In this document: one piece after another, positions 20,391-28,958 of the stretch | Layout of the letters: every line of letters starts with the position of its first letter | Numbering within the stretch: position 1 is the first letter of the stretch | Translations under genes and position numbers: made by a program | Origin: Spirochaetia bacterium | GTDB taxonomy: Bacteria; Spirochaetota; Spirochaetia; DSM-2461 | Direction: 5' to 3' | Length of the DNA stretch: 64,000 bases | Assembly (NCBI GenBank): GCA_963668315.1 | Contig: OY764216.1 | Location: forward strand, 1,760,001 to 1,824,000 | The notes under the pieces: model-generated | Seen by the model: the letters and a program-made list of their open reading frames with translations, nothing else | The model's database searches: none | What the model was told of the DNA's origin: nothing

Positions 20391-20484
20391 ATTCCCGTCC
20401 TCCTCTGGGTTTATGGGGAATCATATCCCCTCTCCCTGTCAGGGAAAAGGGATAAAACGGTGGGAACTGTTCTTTCCCGTCAAA

Positions 20485-21033
20485 TCACCAGTCCTGCAAG
20501 GTGACTCTTTTCAGCTCTTTGGCCTTTTCTTTCCCCGCGAGATACTCCACCAGGGCCAGGGCGAATTCCGCCGCCGATCCGGGCCCGCGACTGGTAATCA
20601 GATTGCTGTCCCGTACCACCCTCTCCTCGGAATGGCGGGCGCCGCTGACCTGGGCTTCGAATCCGGGGTAGCAGGTGAATTCCCTTCCTTCCAGAAGTCC
20701 CGCTCCCCCCAGAACTACCGCCGGTGCGGCGCAGATGGCTCCCACCAGCTCGCTGTCGTTATAGACCCTTTTAATCAGCTTAACCGCTTCTTCCGATTCG
20801 GCTATATTGGCGGCGCCGGGCATTCCCCCGGGGAGGACCACACCGTCCAGATCGTCGGGAAGTTCGTCCAGAGTCATATCGGCTTCTATGGTAATATCGT
20901 GGGCGCCCGTTACGGATAGACCATTTACTCCCGCAAGAATGACTTCCACTCCCGCTCTTCTGAGAAAATCAGCCGGAGTAATGGCTTCCACTTCTTCAAA
21001 CCCGTCTGCCAGAAGCAGGGCAACTTTTTTCAT
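20485..21033 (-). CDS. DJ-1/PfpI (YajL-like) glyoxalase/deglycase
   Basis: GFEEVE, LPGGMPGA, AICAAP, ITSRGPG. Confidence 0.93.
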   Translation of the reverse strand: MKKVALLLADGFEEVEAITPADFLRRAGVEVILAGVNGLSVTGAHDITIEADMTLDELPDDLDGVVLPGGMPGAANIAESEEAVKLIKRVYNDSELVGAICAAPAVVLGGAGLLEGREFTCYPGFEAQVSGARHSEERVVRDSNLITSRGPGSAAEFALALVEYLAGKEKAKELKRVTLQDW

Positions 21034-21138
21034 GCCTTTCTCCTAAGGCAGGTAAACCTGCCGTCCGTTTTAATTCATTTTACGGGAGAGGTGCGAATAA
21101 ATCAAGAATTCTTCCGATCCTGCCGTTATATTACTATT

Positions 21139-21837
21139 ATGAAGCGCAGAATCTTTTCTTTATTCCTGCTTATCTCATCCACACTGATTTTCGCCGGAAC
21201 CGCGGGGGATATTATCCGCACCGCCTCTAATCTGGTAGGGACTCCCTACCGCTACGGGGGAGTCTCTCCTTCGGGGTTCGACTGTTCCGGACTGTTATAC
21301 TACCTTTACGGAAATGTCGTTCCCTCCTTTCCCCGCACCGCCGCCAGCCAGGCCGGAGCCGGTCAGTTTGTGAACAGGAATGATCTGAGGCCGGGGGACC
21401 TGGTTTTTTATGCCACCGGTTCGGACCGTACGGCCGTTACCCATGCGGCCCTGTATATCGGTGATAACGCCCTCATTCAGGCTGTTTCCGCCGGCCCCCA
21501 TACGGGGGTGGTCATAACCGACATGGACGAGAGATACTGGAGAAACCGTTATGTCACCTCCCGGCGCGTCCTGCGTCAGGAAGTGCCTTCCGGTCCTTCC
21601 TCGCCGACCGTACCTGAAGAGCTGCCCTCCGTGGCCAAGGAAAGGGTCATAGACAGCAAGGGACAGGAGAAAACGGTGGTTACCATCGGAACCAGAAGAT
21701 TTACTCTTATGTCCTGGGAAGAGTGGTATGCGGCGGAGCAGAAAGCCCTGGAAGATAAGAGGGAAGAGGAAAGCCATATTCTCGACGAGGACCTGTCGGA
21801 CTTCGAGAAATGGAAGAAACAGAACTCTCCCGGCTGA
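21139..21837 (+). CDS. NlpC/P60 (C40) cell-wall peptidase
   Basis: Signal peptide, GTPYRYGG, GFDCSG, PGDLVF, HAALYIG. Confidence 0.92.
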   Translation: MKRRIFSLFLLISSTLIFAGTAGDIIRTASNLVGTPYRYGGVSPSGFDCSGLLYYLYGNVVPSFPRTAASQAGAGQFVNRNDLRPGDLVFYATGSDRTAVTHAALYIGDNALIQAVSAGPHTGVVITDMDERYWRNRYVTSRRVLRQEVPSGPSSPTVPEELPSVAKERVIDSKGQEKTVVTIGTRRFTLMSWEEWYAAEQKALEDKREEESHILDEDLSDFEKWKKQNSPG

Positions 21838-21896
21838 TCGCTTGTTACTCCCGGACCCGTCCGTCCGGATACGCCCCTTCCTCTCGGAAACGGGTG

Positions 21897-22517
21897 TTAA
21901 TCAGAATATTCGTACAGGTCCAGAAGGGCAAAGTCGAAGTCTATTTCCAATAAGGATGCGTTGTACCCGACGAGAACTATCGAACTGATATCTACCGTTT
22001 CTTTCTCAAAGTCTTCTCCGCTCCCCTGGTTCCAGGGGGCTGTATTAAAGCCCGAGTAGGGAAGGCTCCCCGACGTGCCGTTCAGGTTTGTCCAGTAATA
22101 TTTTGCCTGTGATTCGTTATATAGACCCAGGCGGAGGTCTGTGCTGTTGGTGTTTCTTATTCTATAAGAAATTCCCTCTCCGCTCAGGGTCACCCCATCC
22201 GTTGTACTTTCGCTAATATTCTGGTCAAGATTGATTCCCAGCATGATGCTGGTGGATGAGGAAGGATCCACCGGTAATTTTCCCGTTACAGCCAGCTCTC
22301 CCCCCGCAGGAAGGGCGTTGAAATCCGTGGGTGTAAAGGTTACGCCTGGGGAACTGCTGATCCAGGCATAACCGGACCAGTCGCCGCTGGTTATGTACCC
22401 CTGGGCCCCCACATTCATAATCTGCCCGGGACCCTTGTCTGTACCCGTGTCCTGGCACGAAAACAGGAAAAGAACCAGAAGGGCCGGGAAAGCCTTCTGC
22501 AGTTTCATTTTCTTCAT
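21897..22517 (-). CDS. Hypothetical lipoprotein, beta-sandwich/carbohydrate-binding-like
   Basis: Lipobox LFSC. Rich in Gly/Ser/Thr/aromatics (WSGYAW, GISY, FNTAPW). SD GGAGG. Confidence 0.6.
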   Translation of the reverse strand: MKKMKLQKAFPALLVLFLFSCQDTGTDKGPGQIMNVGAQGYITSGDWSGYAWISSSPGVTFTPTDFNALPAGGELAVTGKLPVDPSSSTSIMLGINLDQNISESTTDGVTLSGEGISYRIRNTNSTDLRLGLYNESQAKYYWTNLNGTSGSLPYSGFNTAPWNQGSGEDFEKETVDISSIVLVGYNASLLEIDFDFALLDLYEYSD

Positions 22518-22600
22518 GGAAACCTCCGAAACAATGTTTATTATTAAATTTAGCACATCCCTTCCGGAAAAAACAGGCAGGGAATGGCTTTACCTTCCTC

Positions 22601-22629
22601 TTGCCCTTCGGGGTAGGCTTTAGTATAAT
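22601..22629 (+). promoter_or_regulatory. sigma70 promoter of the glyA leader
   Basis: TTGCCC-17nt-TATAAT. Confidence 0.75.
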
Positions 22630-22635
22630 GGGCGC

Positions 22636-22734
22636 AACAGAAACTGACGTGTGCGCGGCCTTATACGGTGTAGGGCTGCCGGGATGGAATCGACCATCGG
22701 GAATGTCAACTGTCTATCGTGCGTCTGGGTAGAC
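22636..22734 (+). ncRNA. ZMP/ZTP riboswitch (pfl RNA motif)
   Basis: ACTGACG, P2 GATGG-aatcga-CCATC, GGGAA, P3 GTCTATC-GTGCGTCTG-GGTAGAC. Pseudoknot GACG/CGTC. Lies between a promoter and glyA, a typical regulated gene. Confidence 0.85.
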
Positions 22735-22763
22735 GGGAAATCTTATTTTTCAGGAGTGATGTG

Positions 22764-24266
22764 ATGAGTGTTTTTCACGACTACCTCAAGAGTACCGATA
22801 ATCCCGATCCCGGTTTTATCGCCTATCTGGCTTCCCTGACCAAAGTGGCGGAAGTCGCCCCCGAAGTGGCGGCTGCAACCGTTAAGGAACTGGCCGATCA
22901 GAGAAGTTATCTCAAGCTGATCGCCAGCGAGAATTTTTCCTCCCTGTCCTGCCAGCTGGCTATGGGCAACCTTCTTACCGACAAATACGCCGAAGGTTTT
23001 CCCTGGCATCGTTTCTATGCAGGCTGTGACAATGTCGATTCCATTGAAGACTATGCCGCCCGGAAGGCCTGCGAGCTTTTCGGATGCGATCATGCCTTCG
23101 TACAGCCCCATGCCGGTGCCGATGCCAACCTGATCGCCTACCTGGCCGTTCTCAACGCCAAAGTGGAAGTTCCCGCTCTGGAAAAGCTCGGCGAGCTGAA
23201 TCCCTCCCACCTGAGCCAGGAAGACTGGAATAAAATCCGGGCCGAACTGGGAAACCAGAGACTCCTGGGACTGGACTACTACTCCGGAGGTCATCTGACC
23301 CACGGTTACCGTCATAACGTTTCCGCCCAGATCTTCGATGCCTATACCTACACGGTCAGCAAGGAAACGGGGCTTCTCGATTACGATGAAATCGAGAAGA
23401 TGGCCATGGATATTAAGCCGCTGATTTTTCTTACCGGCTACAGCGCCTATCCCCGCAAAGTGAATTTCAAAAGAATGCGCGAGATCGCCGATAAGGTCGG
23501 AGCCGTGTTCATGGTAGATATGGCCCACTTCGCCGGACTGGTGGCGGGCGGTGTTTTCACCGGTGATTACAGCCCCTTTCCCCATGCCCAGATCGTGACC
23601 ACCACGACCCATAAGACCCTGCGCGGTCCCCGGGGCGGTATGGTTCTCTGTGACAAGGAGTTTGCCGAAGCGGTGGACAAGGCCTGTCCCATTGCCATGG
23701 GCGGTCCTCTTCCCCATGCCATGGCAGCCAAAGCGGTAGCCTTTACCGAAGCGGCCAAGCCGGAATTCAAGGAATATGCTGCGAAGATCGTGGAAAACTG
23801 CCAGGCCATGGCGGCCGCCTGTGCCGAACGGGGGCTGAAAATCGCCACCGGCGGTACGGACAACCACCTGTTCCTGATCGATGTGACTCCCCTGGGGCTC
23901 AACGGGCGCCAGGCCGAGCAGGTTGTCCGCGAATGCGGTATAACCCTGAACAGAAACTCTCTGCCCTTCGATGCGAACGGTCCCTGGTACACCAGCGGGC
24001 TCCGGCTCGGTACCGCCGCTGTGACTTCCCTGGGAATGGGCAAGGAACAGATGGTCGAGATAGCCGATGTCATCGCCACCGTCCTGAAGGCGGCCGAACC
24101 CACGATCCTTACCAAAGGGGAGAATGCGGGTAAGCCGAGTAAGGCCAAGTACAAGATCGATGCCTCCCTGGTGGAAGAAGCCCGGGGCCGCATCAAAGCC
24201 CTTCTTGACCAGTTCGTCCTCTATCCCGAGATAGACCTTGAACTGCTTGAGAAGGCATTCTGCTGA
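22764..24266 (+). CDS. glyA: Serine hydroxymethyltransferase (long form)
   Basis: LIASEN, KYAEG, GGHLTHG, DMAHFAG, TTTTHKTLRGPRGG (PLP Lys). Alternative GTG start at 22761. Confidence 0.97.
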   Translation: MSVFHDYLKSTDNPDPGFIAYLASLTKVAEVAPEVAAATVKELADQRSYLKLIASENFSSLSCQLAMGNLLTDKYAEGFPWHRFYAGCDNVDSIEDYAARKACELFGCDHAFVQPHAGADANLIAYLAVLNAKVEVPALEKLGELNPSHLSQEDWNKIRAELGNQRLLGLDYYSGGHLTHGYRHNVSAQIFDAYTYTVSKETGLLDYDEIEKMAMDIKPLIFLTGYSAYPRKVNFKRMREIADKVGAVFMVDMAHFAGLVAGGVFTGDYSPFPHAQIVTTTTHKTLRGPRGGMVLCDKEFAEAVDKACPIAMGGPLPHAMAAKAVAFTEAAKPEFKEYAAKIVENCQAMAAACAERGLKIATGGTDNHLFLIDVTPLGLNGRQAEQVVRECGITLNRNSLPFDANGPWYTSGLRLGTAAVTSLGMGKEQMVEIADVIATVLKAAEPTILTKGENAGKPSKAKYKIDASLVEEARGRIKALLDQFVLYPEIDLELLEKAFC

Positions 24267-24345
24267 TATATTAGCTTTTCCGGCGGCTGTTGAATGAACC
24301 GACAGCCGCCGGTCTAATCGATTCCGTCCGGAGAAAAAGTAAAAA

Positions 24346-25509
24346 ATGAGAAAAACCCTCGTCGTGGGAAACTATGCGGATAACGTGTTTGTTGCCGATA
24401 TCGCTCATCACCTGAGACAAAAGGAAAACTATCAGGATCTGATTGCCCTGAAGGATTTCCATAACAGTGAGTTCTGCCCCCGTTTCATCCTGGGAGACAG
24501 AAATGACACGGAGCTTGTCGGCCGGCGGCTGGAGGGGCATAAGGTTCTCATCGTCAGTACTTCTTCGGGGGCCATGAACCGGAATGAGATGGCCATGAGG
24601 AATTTTCTGATAGCCCGTGCCGCCCGGGAGAACGGAGCCGAGCGGGTTTCCCTTCTGGAACCGGACCTTTTTTACAGCGCCCAGGACAGGGGACCTCGGC
24701 CTGAATACGGTCAGACCCTGTTTAAACGGGATATGAAGGATTACGAGAAATTTGACGGACAGCCCTTTTCGGCGAAACTTTATGCCGATCTTCTGAGGGA
24801 GTCCGGTGTAGATCAGGTTTTCACCGTTCATAACCACAGTCCTTTTTCTCTCAAAACACTGTATCAGAAGCACTTCAACGGTATGTTCGTCGATCTTCGC
24901 CCTATGGATCTTTATGCCGACTATCTCCGTTCCAGCGATGTTATACGGAAGGACAGTCTGGTTATCTGCGCTCCCGACAAGGGCGCCCATGAGTTCGCTT
25001 CACAGCTGGCCGAAGAGCTTTCGGACCTACCCGCGGGATATCTGCGGATGAGCAAGGAGAGAAGGGGGGAGAGGGATGTCTTCGTGGAGCCCGATGCCTC
25101 CTCCCCGCTGAAACTGGCCGATGTGGAAGGAAAAGATGTGGTTGTGGTGGACGATATGGTCAGAACGGGCCGCACTATACTGGAAACCTGTAAGGTCATC
25201 CGCAAGGGAAAACCCCGGAAAATTGTGTTTCTGGTGACGCACTTTTACTCTTCCCGGGAAGGACGTACCCTCCTGAATGACAGTGTCATTGATGAGATCG
25301 TCACGACGAATACGATACCCTCCATTCTTAACCGGGATGAGCAGGGACGGCTCCGCCACAAGATGGTTGTCCTTCAGATCTCCCGATGGATCGCCCATAA
25401 TCTGTTCCTGAATCTCCAGCCCGGTTCGGAAGGACTGGAAATGCCCCACTACGTTGAGGATATGTCTTCCAAAAATCCCCGGTGGAAGGGACGATACGGC
25501 GCCCGCTGA
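24346..25509 (+). CDS. Atypical ribose-phosphate pyrophosphokinase (PRPP synthetase family)
   Basis: FHNSE, YSAQDR, APDKGA, KER, VVVDDMVRTGRT, TNTIP. 387 aa with an insertion after QDR. Confidence 0.85.
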   Translation: MRKTLVVGNYADNVFVADIAHHLRQKENYQDLIALKDFHNSEFCPRFILGDRNDTELVGRRLEGHKVLIVSTSSGAMNRNEMAMRNFLIARAARENGAERVSLLEPDLFYSAQDRGPRPEYGQTLFKRDMKDYEKFDGQPFSAKLYADLLRESGVDQVFTVHNHSPFSLKTLYQKHFNGMFVDLRPMDLYADYLRSSDVIRKDSLVICAPDKGAHEFASQLAEELSDLPAGYLRMSKERRGERDVFVEPDASSPLKLADVEGKDVVVVDDMVRTGRTILETCKVIRKGKPRKIVFLVTHFYSSREGRTLLNDSVIDEIVTTNTIPSILNRDEQGRLRHKMVVLQISRWIAHNLFLNLQPGSEGLEMPHYVEDMSSKNPRWKGRYGAR

Positions 25510-25526
25510 ATCAAGGGCTTATCATG

Positions 25527-26258
25527 TTATTTTCTCATTACGTAAAGGCGGAACTGGTCTGTATCCTGGGCTTTTCTGAAATCGTATCCGCCGTATGCCT
25601 GGAACTGCCGGAATCCGGTTTCCGAGGCAAGCCGGCGGATATCTGCCCTTTTAAACGGGTATAGGGTGTGGATGTCGGAGGACTTCTCCCCCGTTGCGAG
25701 ATCTGTCAGCTCCGTATTGAACAGGAGATTCTGCCGGGGGCCGGCTGTATAGAAACGTGAAAAGTTAACCCTGTCCGTATGGAGATCGATGAACTGAAAG
25801 TCCTTTCCCATGGAAGGATTATCGTAGTTCAGAATCTGAATGACGAGCTGTCCCATGGGACGGAGCTGTCCGTAGGTATGGGCCATAAAGGAGTTCAGGG
25901 CCTCCATGCCCTCCAGATAGGCCAATGTGTTACCGAAGCAGAGAATCATATCATAACTGAATTTCTCATTGTAAGCCAGGTACGAGGCCATTTCGAAGTG
26001 GAGAAAATTCACTTCTCCGGCCATGTTTCTCTCGGCTGCTTTGCCGATGGCCTGGAGAATCATTTCGTTATCCAGGTCTATACCGGTAAGTTTTCGTCCC
26101 CCCTTCCCCAGGGAAAGAAGAAGCTCTCCCGTGGCGCATCCCAGATCGAGAATATCGGCTGCCCCCTCGGGCAGCAGTTTTTCCACAAAATCCGTTTTCG
26201 CCCGGGGATGGGGGAAGAGACGGTCGTATTCACCGGCTATTAAACTATACATATTCAT
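25527..26258 (-). CDS. Class I SAM-dependent methyltransferase
   Basis: ILDLGCATG, GIDLD, ILCFGNTLAY, QILNYD. Confidence 0.9.
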   Translation of the reverse strand: MNMYSLIAGEYDRLFPHPRAKTDFVEKLLPEGAADILDLGCATGELLLSLGKGGRKLTGIDLDNEMILQAIGKAAERNMAGEVNFLHFEMASYLAYNEKFSYDMILCFGNTLAYLEGMEALNSFMAHTYGQLRPMGQLVIQILNYDNPSMGKDFQFIDLHTDRVNFSRFYTAGPRQNLLFNTELTDLATGEKSSDIHTLYPFKRADIRRLASETGFRQFQAYGGYDFRKAQDTDQFRLYVMRK

Positions 26259-26380
26259 ATTAATCTCTCATATGAATTGTAGTCTCTTCCCCATGTAAAA
26301 GGCAAAAAAAACGGCATGAAAACTGAAAGAGGAATAATCCCGCCAAGTTATAGGCATATAACCTGCTTTGAAATATCCTC

Positions 26381-26422
26381 TTTCAGCTTTCAGCTTTCAG
26401 CTTTCAGCTTTCAGCTTTCAGC
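26381..26422. repeat. Heptamer tandem repeat (TTTCAGC)x6
   Basis: Six perfect copies, overlapping the stop codon of the SPFH gene. Confidence 0.95.
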
Positions 26423-27357
26423 GTGGATTTAATCTTGTCCTCCACCATGGAGAGGTTGCCCAGATCCATGGGAAGAATAACCTTGCTGTCCTTTTTCGCC
26501 AGGCTCTTCATCTGATCGATAAAATCTTCGATGACCTGGAGAGAGGCGGCCTCTTCCCCTCCGGTGAGGGAAATGGCATCGGCCACTTTGGAGATACTGG
26601 CGGCTGTCGCCCGGGAAACAGCCAGTATTTCGGCCGCCCTTCCTTCCGCTTCGTTAATCAGCTTCTCCTTCACACCTTCCGACTCATTGATCATCCGTTC
26701 CATTTCACCCTGGGAGCGGTTGATCCGGCTGGTCATGGAACCTTCCGATTCCAGTATCCGGGCACGTCTTTCCCGTTCGGCCTGCATCTGCTTTTCCATG
26801 GTGGCGAGAATGGTATCGGGCACCTGGATATTCTGGATCTCGTAGCGGGAGACTTTGATTCCCCAGGGATCGCTGGCTTCGTCCACGCTCTGAACGATGG
26901 CGCTGTTGATCGCATTCCGCTCTTCAAAGGTCGTATCCAGCTGCATCTTTCCGATGACCGATCTCATCATGGTCTGGGCCAGCTGTACGGTGGCGTATTC
27001 GTAATCCTTGAGACCGGGGGTGCGCAGGGCCTTGGTTATGCCGTAACTGGCCTTCACCGGATCGACAACCTGGAGGTAGAGAACGCCGTCCACGAAGATT
27101 CTTACGTTGTCCTCGGTAAAACAGGGCTGAACCGGAACGTCCAGGGCTTTCTCTTTGAGGCTGTGCTTATACCGGACCTTGTCGATAAAAGGGACCAGTA
27201 CATGGAATCCCGCCTCCAGGGTGCTGGAATATTTTCCGAGCCGCTCGATGACCCAGGCCTGCTTGGCCGGTACGATACGGATGCACTTGAAAAAAGTCAC
27301 CACCGCGATGATAACCGCCGCTGCGATCACTATGGTATAAAATATCTGGGGCGTCAT
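26404..27357 (-). CDS. SPFH/band 7 (stomatin/paraslipin-like) protein
   Basis: VIERLGKY, VDGVLY, AQTMMRSVIG, WGIKVSRYEI, QMQAER. Confidence 0.93.
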   Translation of the reverse strand: MTPQIFYTIVIAAAVIIAVVTFFKCIRIVPAKQAWVIERLGKYSSTLEAGFHVLVPFIDKVRYKHSLKEKALDVPVQPCFTEDNVRIFVDGVLYLQVVDPVKASYGITKALRTPGLKDYEYATVQLAQTMMRSVIGKMQLDTTFEERNAINSAIVQSVDEASDPWGIKVSRYEIQNIQVPDTILATMEKQMQAERERRARILESEGSMTSRINRSQGEMERMINESEGVKEKLINEAEGRAAEILAVSRATAASISKVADAISLTGGEEAASLQVIEDFIDQMKSLAKKDSKVILPMDLGNLSMVEDKIKSTLKAES

Positions 27358-28268
27358 TATTTACCTCCCTTTTCGGTAACGGCGGGGATGACCGTCTGGA
27401 GAAGAGATTTGACCTGGGCCGCTTCGAGGGGTATGACCTGGGTTTCCGCCGTATCAAGGATTTTCCCAAGCTGCTGGGTATATTTGTTGATGATGCGGAT
27501 TTTCCTCGCCTTGTCTCCGTTGGGCCGGCTCAGGGCTTCGGCAATCATTTTGATTCCCTCCGCTGTGGCGTCGGCCTGGATCTCTATGGCCCGGGCTTCT
27601 CCGTCCGCTTCGTTTATTCTCTTCTGCCTCTCTCCCTTGGAAAAGTTGATTGCCTCTTCCCGGGCGCCCTTGGATTCGTTGATCTGGGCCTGCTTGAATC
27701 CGTCCGATTCCAGAATATCCGCCCGTTTCTCTCTTTCGGCGGTCATCTGCTGTTCCATGGCTACTCTGACGGAGTCGGTGGGGTCCAGGTTTTTGATTTC
27801 GTAACGGGTTACTTTGATTCCCCAGGGATCGCTGGCTTCATCAACCGATTTGACGACGGCGTTGTTTATGGTATCCCGTTCGGAAAAGGTCTTGTCCAGC
27901 TCGATTTTACCCACCTCCGATCTCATGGTCGTCTGGGCCAGCTGACTGGTGGCATAGCGGTAGTTCTCGATGCCGTAACTGGCTTTTTCCGGTTCTATGA
28001 CTTTGATGTACAGAATCCCGTCGACCGAAACCTGAACATTGTCGTTGGTAATGCATATCTGGGGAGGAACATCGATAACTTCCTCTTTCAGATTCACTTT
28101 GTAAGCGGCCTTCTGAACGACGGGGATGATAAGGTGCAATCCCGCGGCCAGAGTCTTCTGATACTTTCCGAACTGTTCTATTATCCAGGCTTCCTGCTCC
28201 GGGACGATTTTCACCATCTTGAGAAGCAGGATGATCACCAGAATAATCAGAATCAATGTTCCTGTCAT
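27357..28268 (-). CDS. SPFH/band 7 (stomatin/paraslipin-like) protein
   Basis: IIEQFGKY, VDGILY, AQTTMRSEVG, WGIKVTRYEI, QMTAER. Coupled to the next gene by TAATG. Confidence 0.93.
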   Translation of the reverse strand: MTGTLILIILVIILLLKMVKIVPEQEAWIIEQFGKYQKTLAAGLHLIIPVVQKAAYKVNLKEEVIDVPPQICITNDNVQVSVDGILYIKVIEPEKASYGIENYRYATSQLAQTTMRSEVGKIELDKTFSERDTINNAVVKSVDEASDPWGIKVTRYEIKNLDPTDSVRVAMEQQMTAEREKRADILESDGFKQAQINESKGAREEAINFSKGERQKRINEADGEARAIEIQADATAEGIKMIAEALSRPNGDKARKIRIINKYTQQLGKILDTAETQVIPLEAAQVKSLLQTVIPAVTEKGGK

Positions 28269-28334
28269 TATTCTTTCTCCTTAGTACGGACCGGAGGTTT
28301 TCATTTTTTACTGCCGGCCGTATTGATTTTCTTG

Positions 28335-28805
28335 TTATTTTTCGGATTCCGGGAGGGAATCCTCTATTTCTTCCACTATGAAACCCAGAGATTCCGTATC
28401 GCTCTTCCCTGTTATTTTTACCGTTTTGCCCTTGCCGATAACCCGGCCGCTGTGGGCTGTCCAGCTGGTCCCCCGGAATTTAATCCTGCCCGGGGCATCC
28501 GGTTTGATCCTGTCTATCACCAGGGCCTCCTGGCCGATCCAGCTCTCCTTTTCCGTCTGGAAAATCCGCCCCTTAAAGGTACCGGAAAAGCGGTTGCGGA
28601 GGAAAAAAAGAAGTACGGCGGAGTAGCAGACCCATATGATCAGCTGCAGCCAGAATATATCCTGAAGGGGAGGGAGTACCAGAACTGTCACAAGTATCAG
28701 CAGAGCGCCCACACCGAAAAAAAACAGTATAAAGCCGGGAACGGCAATTTCCGCCAGGAGAAGCAGAGCTCCTGTAATCAGCCAGAAAAAGGTAATTTTG
28801 TCCAT
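28335..28805 (-). CDS. NfeD family protein (short, YbbJ-like)
   Basis: FWLITGALLLLAEIAVPGF TMs plus OB-fold IG..A, GRIKFRGTSW. Confidence 0.88.
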   Translation of the reverse strand: MDKITFFWLITGALLLLAEIAVPGFILFFFGVGALLILVTVLVLPPLQDIFWLQLIIWVCYSAVLLFFLRNRFSGTFKGRIFQTEKESWIGQEALVIDRIKPDAPGRIKFRGTSWTAHSGRVIGKGKTVKITGKSDTESLGFIVEEIEDSLPESEK

Positions 28806-28958
28806 ATCCCTAACTATAGACCCTAAGAGCCTTCCTATCCATAGTTTTTTTACATTGCCGACATAAATCCCCCTTTCGGGTGAGGTTTTTAAGAATCGGC
28901 TGTACTAAAGAGGGTTAATGCTTCATACTTACCGGAAAAAGTCAGGGGTTGTTTAAGG

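Noticed and set aside
22719..22763. ORF-track N-terminal extension of GlyA from GTG 22719
   Set aside because: That GTG lies inside the riboswitch P3 loop. The AGGAG SD supports a start at 22761/22764.
26381..26422. Possible CRISPR array or phase-variation frameshift tract
   Set aside because: No spacers. The stop codon arises within the first three units on the coding strand, so copy-number change beyond that would not alter the protein.
26404..28805. nfeD plus duplicated SPFH genes as a novel system
   Set aside because: nfeD-stomatin operons, including tandem SPFH paralogs, are widespread and already described.
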